DNA of 31,760 nucleotides from Bacteroidales bacterium (GTDB lineage Bacteria; Bacteroidota; Bacteroidia; Bacteroidales; CG2-30-32-10): NCBI GenBank assembly GCA_035421345.1, contig DAOLWT010000001.1, positions 1 to 31,760 of the forward strand, read 5' to 3'. Shown piece by piece: positions 1 to 7,453 of this stretch (position 1 is its first letter; each line of letters starts with the position of its first letter). The notes under the pieces were generated by a model. It saw only the letters and a program-made list of their open reading frames with translations, ran no database searches and was not told where the DNA came from. The position numbers and the translations under genes were made by a program.

Positions 1-134
1 ACCATCTATTATGTACGCGATGCACAAGGCAATATAATGGCAACCTATAGAAAAGGAACGGGAAGTATACAAAATCCTCCACTAACGTTGGTAGATTTGC
101 AACTCTATGGCAGCAGCCGATATGGCGTATTAAA
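1..134 (+). pseudogene. Rhs core fragment of the main (upstream, partial) Rhs gene, interrupted by a 118-bp insertion
   Basis: Frame 1 reads TIYYVRDAQGNIMATY...LQLYGSSRYGVLN, a Bacteroidota Rhs core motif. It runs into TAA at 148-150 inside the inserted element. Removing 135-252 joins it in frame to YNKTIAEK...HMLGNKQY of the 341-1420 ORF. Confidence 0.85.
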
Positions 135-252
135 TTATACCAATTGTTAATTTAAAATAATCCAACGGATATTTTAAATTTTACAATGGTAATACCGATG
201 ACAAAGATGTTATAGTACAATTTATTGGACTATTACATCTATGCAATCGGTA
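135..252. mobile_element. 118-bp double-hairpin insertion element, copy 1
   Basis: Matches 8291-8408 at 115 of 118 positions by manual alignment. It consists of two tandem imperfect palindromes and interrupts a coding frame. Confidence 0.85.
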
Positions 253-317
253 TTACAATAAAACCATTGCTGAAAAACCGGAAATTAATCCACCTATATA
301 TTATATTGCTTCTTTTG

Positions 318-530
318 AAAATTCTACTTATTTTAGCCATATGTTAGGCAATAAACAATATGGATTAATTAATCTCCCGATACCTATCGGGATGGGGAAT
401 GTACTTACAACAGTGAGCGACCGCAAAATACCCCATACAAGCGATAATATAACGATTGACTATTATACTTCCGATATTACAAGTGCGCAAGACTATTACG
501 CATTTGGACAATTAATGCCCGGCAGAAACT
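318..530 (+). repeat. 213-bp Rhs-core direct repeat, copy 1
   Basis: Near-identical to 2726-2938 and 4648-4860; encodes STYFSHMLGNK...DYYAFGQLMPGRN. Confidence 0.9.
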
Positions 531-1420
531 TTAGCAGTAATACATATAAATACGGCTACAACACCCAAGAGAAAGTAGACGAAATATCAGGAAGCGGAAA
601 CCATTATACAGCGCAGTTTTGGGAGTATGACCCAAGAATAGTAACGAGATGGAATAGAGACCCTGTTACCTTTCCTTGGCAAAGTCCTTATGCTATAAAC
701 AATAATAATCCAATTGTTTTTACTGACCCACTTGGTTTGTTTGGTTCTCGTAAAGAAGCAAGAGAGTACAAAAAGGAACACGGATTAAAGGGGAGAATAC
801 AAAAAGGTGATGATGGTATTTTTTCTATAAACGACAAAAAAGGAGGAGCAAGTTATTACAAAGACCATTCATTAGATGATGTACCTAATTTAATAGGAAG
901 GCAGGATGATGGAGTTATAAAATCTGTTCTAGTTAGTGCAGATGAAGCAAGCAGTCCTTCTGCTGGTGCTTACTCTGACGGTGCAGAAGAGTTTGGAAAA
1001 AGAGGCGGTAAGTTGAAAGTAAGTACTGATCCACTGAAATCTACAGGTAAGATAAAATATTATGATAATGCTTGGGGTGGCAATCAATACACTAAAACCA
1101 AAAATGTATTTAATAAAGGACTAACAAAAGGGATTGCTAAACACGCTCCAATTATTGGGCATATATTAGATGCAAAAGAAGTAATAGACGGTATTCAAGC
1201 AGATGGAAATGCTATTGGAGCAAATACAGCCATCGAAGTTGCTGGAGTGGTAGGTGGTGCAGGCGGTGCTTGGGCTGGTGCAGCAGGTGGTGCCGCTATA
1301 GGTTCTTTAATTTTCCCTGGTGTTGGAACAGTAATTGGCGGAGCAGTAGGTGCTATATTAGGTTCTTGGGGTGGTGAGGAAGCCACAGAAGCAGTAACAA
1401 GAAAAGCAGTTGGAGAGTAG
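341..1420 (+). CDS. Rhs core plus C-terminal toxin tip with glycine-zipper hydrophobic region (putative membrane-active toxin); 3' part of the interrupted main Rhs gene
   Basis: Rhs core YKYGYNTQEK...RWNRDP...NPIVFTDPLG, followed by a tip ending in GGAGGAWAGAAGGAAIGSLIFPGVGTVIGGAVGAILGSWGG. Confidence 0.85.
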   Translation: MLGNKQYGLINLPIPIGMGNVLTTVSDRKIPHTSDNITIDYYTSDITSAQDYYAFGQLMPGRNFSSNTYKYGYNTQEKVDEISGSGNHYTAQFWEYDPRIVTRWNRDPVTFPWQSPYAINNNNPIVFTDPLGLFGSRKEAREYKKEHGLKGRIQKGDDGIFSINDKKGGASYYKDHSLDDVPNLIGRQDDGVIKSVLVSADEASSPSAGAYSDGAEEFGKRGGKLKVSTDPLKSTGKIKYYDNAWGGNQYTKTKNVFNKGLTKGIAKHAPIIGHILDAKEVIDGIQADGNAIGANTAIEVAGVVGGAGGAWAGAAGGAAIGSLIFPGVGTVIGGAVGAILGSWGGEEATEAVTRKAVGE

Positions 1421-1424
1421 AATT

Positions 1425-1922
1425 ATGGAAAGAATTTGGAACTATTTTTTTTACTCAACTTGGTATGTACAGCTTAATTTAGGAGAAACATTAATCCGTA
1501 AGCCTATTTATTTTATTATGCTGCATCTTTTCCCGTTTCTCCGAAAGAACTTACATAAGGGACAAAAAGACTACAACAAAGTGATGAACAATAAAGATTT
1601 TGGTTTTAATATTGGCTTTGCATTTGGCTTTATGTTTCTAACAACAATGGTTATTTATACAAGTATTTGTTTGTTCCTTGTTAAGTTACTAAACATAGAT
1701 GTTGAAGATACAATTTACTATTACTTCTTTGCTGTTGTAGCTTTATCATATTTAACTAACTATTTTTTTCTTTATCGGGCAGATACTTACAAAAAGCACT
1801 TTGAAGAATTTGAAAAGATTAAAAATAAGTCACGAATTTATCTTTCTGCTGTTTTATTCCATTTGGCAATTATTGGCTTTGGAATATTGTCAATACATTT
1901 TACAGTAGGGTTTAATATTTAA
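1425..1922 (+). CDS. Putative immunity protein 1, integral membrane
   Basis: Starts 4 nt after the toxin stop and has several hydrophobic segments. ATG at 1425 is preferred over the TTG at 1410, which overlaps the toxin gene. Confidence 0.7.
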   Translation: MERIWNYFFYSTWYVQLNLGETLIRKPIYFIMLHLFPFLRKNLHKGQKDYNKVMNNKDFGFNIGFAFGFMFLTTMVIYTSICLFLVKLLNIDVEDTIYYYFFAVVALSYLTNYFFLYRADTYKKHFEEFEKIKNKSRIYLSAVLFHLAIIGFGILSIHFTVGFNI

Positions 1923-1926
1923 AAAA

Positions 1927-2427
1927 ATGAAAATGTTACAATTAGCAATTATTCTTATGATGTTTGGGAGCTGTTCCCAAGAAAAGATGGTAAAATACAC
2001 AGGTAAAAATCATGAAATGCTTTATCCTGCGAGTTGGGCAAAGCAAGAAAAATCAAATGCAATATTTTTTCTATCACCAAAAGAAAATGAAAAAGATTTA
2101 TTCCAAGAAAACGTAAACTTGATGTTGCAAGATTTATCGCAACAATCTATGAGCTTGGAACAATACACCGAGCTAACCAAGAAACAGGTAGTAGATAATT
2201 TTGGAGCATCTGCTATTATATCGCTAAAGAATACAACAATAGCAGGGCAACAGGGGAAAGAATTTGTTTATAGTATGAATTATCAAGGCAGGAGTTTAAA
2301 GTTAAAGCAGTATTGGTTTATTAAAGGAAATATTGCTTATTTGTTCTCATATACAGCTGACCCAACAAAGTATGAGAAATACGAAAGTGTAGTAACAGAA
2401 ATGATAAAGAGCTTTAAGATTTTTTGA
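1927..2427 (+). CDS. PsbP/DcrB (DUF1795)-like lipoprotein
   Basis: Lipobox FGSC; the LYPASW, FQENVNL, IAGQQGKEFVY and AYLFSYTA patterns are typical of the PsbP/DcrB fold. Confidence 0.7.
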   Translation: MKMLQLAIILMMFGSCSQEKMVKYTGKNHEMLYPASWAKQEKSNAIFFLSPKENEKDLFQENVNLMLQDLSQQSMSLEQYTELTKKQVVDNFGASAIISLKNTTIAGQQGKEFVYSMNYQGRSLKLKQYWFIKGNIAYLFSYTADPTKYEKYESVVTEMIKSFKIF

Positions 2428-2448
2428 TACTGAAAAACAAAACAGTGG

Positions 2449-2482
2449 AAACGTCAGGCATACAGCTTGGCGTTTTTGTTTT
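2449..2482 (+). terminator. Putative intrinsic terminator
   Basis: Stem AAACGTCAGG/CTTGGCGTTT (with G-U pairs) followed by a T-rich tract, downstream of 2427. Confidence 0.5.
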
Positions 2483-2544
2483 ACATCGCATTTATTTTAG
2501 CAGACTTTATAAAGTGGTCAACCGTAGTAAGTAAACATTCCCCT

Positions 2545-2656
2545 GATGGCGCGCATTAACGCAAATGGTTAGTGCGCGATTGTATCGCGTACAAAAGCCT
2601 TGTTTAGCGCTCGTTTAACGAAGTGTAACGCGCCTGCCTTGCCGGTAGGCAGGTGC
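2545..2656. repeat. REP-like palindrome cluster with nested CCTGCC element (2633-2653)
   Basis: GCGCGCATTAAC..GTTAGTGCGCG, GCGCGAT..ATCGCGT and GCGCTCGTT..AACGCG[CCTGCCTTGCCGGTAGGCAGG]TGC; related to the RAYT-flanking repeats. Confidence 0.75.
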
Positions 2657-2725
2657 AAAAAATAAAAAAACCTTATTTCTTTTCAATAAAAAAATATATT
2701 AGAATAAAGAATTTTGCGTTAAGTA

Positions 2726-2938
2726 AAAATTCTACTTATTTTAGCCATATGTTAGGCAATAAACAATATGGATTAATTAATCTCCCGATACCTATCGGGA
2801 TGGGGAATGTACTTACAACAGTGAGCGACCGCAAAATACCCCATACAAGCGATAATATAACGATTGACTATTACACTTCCGATATTACAAGCGCTCAAGA
2901 TTATTACGCATTTGGACAATTAATGCCCGGCAGAAACT
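2726..2938 (+). repeat. 213-bp Rhs-core direct repeat, copy 2
   Basis: Near-identical to 318-530. Confidence 0.9.
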
Positions 2939-3906
2939 GGAGTAGTGATAGCTATAAGTTTGGGTTTAATGGCAAAGAGAAAGATGACGAAGTATCCGGA
3001 ACAGGGAACCAGTACGACTATGGCTTTAGAATTTACAACCCACGCATCGGGAAGTTCCTATCAGAAGATCCATTAACAAAAAGTTTTCCGATGTTAACAC
3101 CATATCAATTTGCATCAAATTCACCTATTGCTTCTATTGACTTGGATGGAAAAGAAGGACTATGGTATATTTTTGCTAAGACTGGAGTTTATGGAGCAAC
3201 AACTGCCGCAATAATTAATGGTACTGAAGATGGGGTTAAGGCATCTGTGACGAATACATATAACTTAATAACAAAAGATGCATGGAAAACTGAAACATGG
3301 AAGCAGGCGGGTTTATTTTTGTATGAAATTGCTTCGTTAACATCACCATACGAAGGTGCTTATATCCCCACTCCAAGAGTTGATGCAAAGATTCAAAATT
3401 TTGAAGATAATGTTATTAATGGAAATGCTTATTCAATGTCAAAAGCATTGTCTGAATTTGGAACAGATATTTTAACTGCTTATGTAGGTAGTAAGGGATT
3501 AGGATCCTTTTCTTCTTTTGTGTCAGGAGCAGTTAAAACACCCTGGGGGGTTGCTAAGCAATCATTGAGTGTTGGAGCTTTGAAAGGTGCAGTTAATGCT
3601 AAAAAAGGTTCTACTCTTTATAGAATTGGAACTACTGGTAAATCGGCTCAAGGAGCAAATGCACAGTTTTGGAGTATGGAAAATCCATTGTTAGACCCAG
3701 AAAGTTACGCTAAAAAGTATAATGTTCCAATTGAAAATATTAAGAATGCGGATTTCATAGAAACAGCAACTTTAAAAAAGAATGCTAATTTTATTACAAG
3801 AGAAGTAGGTACAGCGTCAGGAAGTGAAAATGTTGGAAAAGGAATAGAAGTGGTAGTTGATGAAGGCGGTACCACAAACAATGTTATTACACCAATAAAA
3901 AAATAA
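2749..3906 (+). CDS. Orphan Rhs core plus toxin tip 2 (possible ADP-ribosyltransferase-like fold)
   Basis: Rhs core YKFGFNGKEKD...FLSEDP...SPIASIDLDG. The tip carries LYR, QFWS and GIEVVV motifs. ATG at 2749 is homologous to the starts at 341 and 4671. Confidence 0.8.
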   Translation: MLGNKQYGLINLPIPIGMGNVLTTVSDRKIPHTSDNITIDYYTSDITSAQDYYAFGQLMPGRNWSSDSYKFGFNGKEKDDEVSGTGNQYDYGFRIYNPRIGKFLSEDPLTKSFPMLTPYQFASNSPIASIDLDGKEGLWYIFAKTGVYGATTAAIINGTEDGVKASVTNTYNLITKDAWKTETWKQAGLFLYEIASLTSPYEGAYIPTPRVDAKIQNFEDNVINGNAYSMSKALSEFGTDILTAYVGSKGLGSFSSFVSGAVKTPWGVAKQSLSVGALKGAVNAKKGSTLYRIGTTGKSAQGANAQFWSMENPLLDPESYAKKYNVPIENIKNADFIETATLKKNANFITREVGTASGSENVGKGIEVVVDEGGTTNNVITPIKK

Positions 3907-3907
3907 T

Positions 3908-4147
3908 ATGGATTATCAAAAAATATTAAGAATAGCTGAAAAAAAAATAGGTTTAGAATTTAATTATATAGTCATGGATATTAAAGAATGTATTGCCTGT
4001 GGTTCCTCTGGGGGAGAGATTTCTATGATGATAGGTAAATATCTAAATGATTTAAAAATAAATAATTTTCAAGCATATTCTATTTTAAAAGAAGATATTG
4101 AAATGTATTTATTAGAATGTAAAAAGCATGGATTATTAATTCAGTAA
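3908..4147 (+). CDS. Putative immunity protein 2 (79 aa, cytoplasmic)
   Basis: Starts 1 nt after the toxin stop; no signal peptide. Confidence 0.65.
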   Translation: MDYQKILRIAEKKIGLEFNYIVMDIKECIACGSSGGEISMMIGKYLNDLKINNFQAYSILKEDIEMYLLECKKHGLLIQ

Positions 4148-4154
4148 TTCTTCA

Positions 4155-4181
4155 GATGGCGCTCGTTGCAGCCGTTTGCGC
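4155..4181 (+). repeat. REP-like repeat (ATGGCGCTCGTTGCAGCCGTT family)
   Basis: The same 21-mer occurs at 6272, 8060, 8091 and 9192. Confidence 0.85.
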
Positions 4182-4242
4182 AATTAACTCCTTAGTATTC
4201 CAGGGTAAAAACAAATAAAATGAGTAAAAGTTATAAACAGTA

Positions 4243-4353
4243 TTAAGAAGCAAACTTAAAAGTATCAACGTATGGTGTCCCTCGTTCTACAACAGCAAAC
4301 ATTCTTGCAATTAATTTGTTTCTAATAATGTTTATTGTACTCATTCCATTTTT
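4243..4353 (-). pseudogene. IS110-family transposase C-terminal remnant (36 codons)
   Basis: The minus strand reads KNGMSTINIIRNKLIARMFAVVERGTPYVDTFKFAS*, which resembles the C-terminus of Bacteroidota IS110 transposases as I recall them. No recognisable similarity further upstream. Confidence 0.7.
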
Positions 4354-4452
4354 TATTTGAAATAGAAAAAGTTCAATAATCGATAAATGCGCGCAAGCCC
4401 GGCAAAATGGCGAGGACAGGGCAAGTGTGAATAAAATTTTAATTTGAATTTA

Positions 4453-4493
4453 AGCAAAGCAGCCCGCTAATTCAGGTGGGCTGTTACTTTGCT
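4453..4493. terminator. Hairpin, terminator-like
   Basis: AGCAAAG-CAGCCCGC...GTGGGCTG-TTA-CTTTGCT inverted repeat. Confidence 0.4.
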
Positions 4494-4537
4494 AAAAAAT
4501 TCTATTAAAATTTTAGAGAGCGCTGAAGCTTCATTTT

Positions 4538-4580
4538 GCCTAGATTCTTTTGTTTCTTTTCTCATCATGGAGAAAAGAAA
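4538..4580 (-). repeat. Hairpin element with C(A/T)TGAT loop, related to 31657-31712
   Basis: Perfect 11-bp stem TTTCTTTTCTC/GAGAAAAGAAA with minus-strand loop CATGAT and tail CAAAAGAATCTAGGC. Confidence 0.5.
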
Positions 4581-4647
4581 ATAATAAAAACCTTATTTCA
4601 TTTTTTTAAGAAAATTTATATTTAAATAAAGAATTTTGCGTTAAGTA

Positions 4648-4860
4648 AAAATTCTACTTATTTTAGCCATATGTTAGGCAATAAACAATTTGAATTAAGC
4701 AACCTCCCGATAGCTATCGGGATAGGGAATGTACTTACAACAGTGAGCGACCGCAAAATACCCCATACAAGCGATAATATAACGATTGACTATTATACTT
4801 CCGATATTACCAGTGCACAGGATTATTACGCATTTGGCATGCTAATGCCCGGCAGAAACT
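4648..4860 (+). repeat. 213-bp Rhs-core direct repeat, copy 3
   Basis: Highly similar to 318-530 and 2726-2938. Confidence 0.9.
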
Positions 4861-5714
4861 TTAGTAGCGATAACTATAAGTTTGGCTTTAATGGACAAGA
4901 GAAAGATGATGAAATTAGTGGTAGTGGAAATATATATACAGCAGAATATTGGGAGTATGATTCAAGATTAGGGAGAAGATGGAACTGTGACCCGAAGCCA
5001 AATGCATCTATAAGTGATTACGCTTGTTTCGCTAATAATCCGATTTGGTTTAATGATCCATTAGGTGATACGGTGAAAGTTCAAGGGGATGTTAATATTG
5101 GACCACCAACGGAATTTGTATATAATACTAAAAATGCATTAAATGATATTAGCAAAAAAAGTTTCGGAAAGGCAAGTTTAGATGAACTACAAAATTCACC
5201 AAATTTATTTACAATTAAAGAAACGGATGCAAGCCATCCAAACAGTAGTTTTGTACCTTCGAATGTGCTTAAGGCATACGCACAAGAGAATAAAGAGCAA
5301 GGAAACAATATTCCAGATGATATGTTAAAAGGTGGCTCTGGTGGGACAATTTATTGGAATCCTATTGAAGGAGCAGAAAAAACATTTGAATCTCCAGGCT
5401 TACAAACAAGTCGTCCAAAAATAAATTTAGGTCATGAATTATTTGGTCATGCCTTAGATGCTAATAGAGGAACAATGAATGATATTATATACAAAGGGCT
5501 TTCAACTAATGAATGGCAGGCATCCCATAAAGAAAACCAACTTAGATCAGAATTAGGTTTTCCTTTGAGAAAATACTATGGAACAGCAATATTGAAAAAT
5601 TTAACTTCAGGTGAAGTTATTTCAGAACAAGGAATATATAAATTGATAAGAGGAACAAGAAGTACTTTTGTAAAAAACTATGATTATAAAATTAACAATT
5701 CATCATTTAAATAA
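4671..5714 (+). CDS. Orphan Rhs core plus zinc metallopeptidase toxin tip (M91/NleD-like)
   Basis: Rhs core RWNCDP...NPIWFNDPLG. The tip has GGSGGTIYWNP, LGHELFGHALD and a downstream E..A...ENQLRSELG.PLR..Y pattern. Confidence 0.8.
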   Translation: MLGNKQFELSNLPIAIGIGNVLTTVSDRKIPHTSDNITIDYYTSDITSAQDYYAFGMLMPGRNFSSDNYKFGFNGQEKDDEISGSGNIYTAEYWEYDSRLGRRWNCDPKPNASISDYACFANNPIWFNDPLGDTVKVQGDVNIGPPTEFVYNTKNALNDISKKSFGKASLDELQNSPNLFTIKETDASHPNSSFVPSNVLKAYAQENKEQGNNIPDDMLKGGSGGTIYWNPIEGAEKTFESPGLQTSRPKINLGHELFGHALDANRGTMNDIIYKGLSTNEWQASHKENQLRSELGFPLRKYYGTAILKNLTSGEVISEQGIYKLIRGTRSTFVKNYDYKINNSSFK

Positions 5715-5722
5715 TAAATAAT

Positions 5723-6247
5723 ATGATTAAGTTTTTATTAACTTTATTTATGTTAAATACTTGTACTCTTTTTGCCCAAGATAATAAAGTATTTGATGCT
5801 ATTTCAAAAGATCAAAAAAAGTATTTTAAAAAACACATTATAAAAGAGGTAAAGAAAAATTATAGAAACATAATTAATGTTGCTGATTACGTGAGAACTA
5901 AAGTTTATAATGAAATTTCAAAAGAAAATTTATCTGATGTTAATATTTTAGAAGGGTATGATTTAGCATATGGTAATTTATATGGTTTAATATGGAATAG
6001 TTCATTTATTTATACTTATCAGTTAACCAGTGGGGCAACTAAATTTACAATTAAAAAAGTTGCAATCAGCGAAGTAGGAAATAGTAATGAGAATTATATT
6101 AGATTATTTAAAGAGTGGAATAATGATTTAATGTCAAAAACACAAAGTTGTGGAAGGGAAAATATCAATGGTAAATATTACATTGGTTCAAAAGCAGAGA
6201 AAGTTAATGATGTTTGGGAAGTCAAAACAATTGCCTTTTGTGATTAA
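5723..6247 (+). CDS. Putative immunity protein 3, Sec-exported
   Basis: Starts 8 nt after the toxin stop; signal peptide ending LFA|Q. Confidence 0.65.
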   Translation: MIKFLLTLFMLNTCTLFAQDNKVFDAISKDQKKYFKKHIIKEVKKNYRNIINVADYVRTKVYNEISKENLSDVNILEGYDLAYGNLYGLIWNSSFIYTYQLTSGATKFTIKKVAISEVGNSNENYIRLFKEWNNDLMSKTQSCGRENINGKYYIGSKAEKVNDVWEVKTIAFCD

Positions 6248-6270
6248 TACACAACTGAAGATTTTACTCT

Positions 6271-6314
6271 GATGGCGCTCGTTGCAGTCGTTAGCGCTCG
6301 TTTTCAACGAGTGC
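6271..6314 (+). repeat. REP-like tandem repeat
   Basis: GATGGCGCTCGTTGCAGTCGTT followed by the palindrome AGCGCTCGTT-TTC-AACGAGTGC. Confidence 0.85.
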
Positions 6315-6328
6315 AAAATAAAATACAA

Positions 6329-6363
6329 AAACAGAAAGCTTGGTTTTCCCAGGCTTTTTGTTT
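6329..6363 (+). terminator. Putative intrinsic terminator
   Basis: Stem-loop AAACAGAAAGCTTGG-TTTTC-CCAGGCTTTTTGTTT. Confidence 0.55.
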
Positions 6364-6413
6364 ATACCGACTATGTTTTTTTGTATTTTTGAAATCAAAG
6401 CTCTAAAGAAAAA

Positions 6414-7310
6414 ATGCGATTTTTTTCATCTACGACACTGGAAAATGAGGTATGCCGGACAAAAACAGGCATAAACTTAAACGCATTTGGACAATTAATG
6501 CCCGGACGTAACGTGAGTAGTAATGAGTATAAGTTTGGCTTTAATGGGCAGGAAAAAGATGATGAGATTGGCGGTAGTGGAAATTATAATACTGCTTTGT
6601 ACTGGGAATATGATACCAGAACTGGGAGAAGATGGAACACTGACCCTATTATGAAAGATTGGGAAAGCCCATATGCTTGTTTCTCAAATAATCCAATATG
6701 GCTTATTGATATAAATGGTACTGATACCAGTTTTGCTGATAAGGAAACTAAAGCAGAGTTTGATAAAACATATTTAGAGATAACTTCAAAAATAAAAATA
6801 TATTCAGAGGATATTAATAATTTATCAAAAAATTGGGCAAAAAGTAATTATGAAGATGAAGAAATAAGAACTCAAATTACAACTCTTAATACTGAAAGAG
6901 CTAAATTGTTGGATATAAAAGAATCATTTGACGATGTAATAAGTTCTACTGATAAAATGTTTTATTATACTGCAAAACCAAATGATGGATCATTTATAGC
7001 AGGAGGTAAAACAGAGTGGGATAAAGATAAGTCAACAAAATCTATAGCATTTTATAATATTACTTATTATTCTGGAAATCAATCTACTATAGTGCATGAA
7101 ACGAAACATGGACAACAAAAAACCAATGGAGACTTAAAAATATACGACTATAAAGATGAATACGATGCTATTATTAATTCGAATAATTATAATACAATAA
7201 TTTGGGGAAAAACTGGAAAAACAGAATTAGAAATTAAAAATTACATTGAAAGTTATTACGAAAAAAAGGTATCAGTTCAAAGCTTTGAACAACATTGTAT
7301 TGAAAAATGA
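6414..7310 (+). CDS. Orphan Rhs core (shortened leader) plus HExxH metallopeptidase-like toxin tip 4
   Basis: Homology to the other cassettes begins only at about 6481 (AFGQLMPGRN). Core RWNTDP...NPIWLIDING; tip IVHETKH...DEYDA. The true start is uncertain (alternative ATG at 6498). Confidence 0.75.
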   Translation: MRFFSSTTLENEVCRTKTGINLNAFGQLMPGRNVSSNEYKFGFNGQEKDDEIGGSGNYNTALYWEYDTRTGRRWNTDPIMKDWESPYACFSNNPIWLIDINGTDTSFADKETKAEFDKTYLEITSKIKIYSEDINNLSKNWAKSNYEDEEIRTQITTLNTERAKLLDIKESFDDVISSTDKMFYYTAKPNDGSFIAGGKTEWDKDKSTKSIAFYNITYYSGNQSTIVHETKHGQQKTNGDLKIYDYKDEYDAIINSNNYNTIIWGKTGKTELEIKNYIESYYEKKVSVQSFEQHCIEK

Positions 7311-7453
7311 TACTAAAATAATAATTATGAAATATCCATAAATCAATAAAGGCTATCCAAACCATTAATGATTAAATATTTTATTCTTTTTTATAACAGC
7401 ATAATAATTAACAACTAAGTATATTTATAAAATAATTATTAAAATTTAAACAC

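Noticed and set aside
133-255. TTA target-site duplication for the 118-bp element
   Set aside because: TTA flanks a 115-bp core at site 1, but site 2 has TTA/AAA, and excising that core there creates a stop codon.
2653-2748. N-terminal extension of the cassette 2 ORF
   Set aside because: It starts at a GTG at the edge of the CCTGCC palindrome and runs through an AT-rich leader. The homologous start in cassettes 1 and 3 is the ATG equivalent to 2749.
6362-6370. TTATACCGA as a further copy of the 118-bp element family
   Set aside because: It is only 9 bp with no partner arm, and could arise by chance.
7311-7453. Possible frameshifted continuation of toxin 4 or a small immunity ORF
   Set aside because: The frames I checked close quickly in very AT-rich sequence, and no motif is recognisable.
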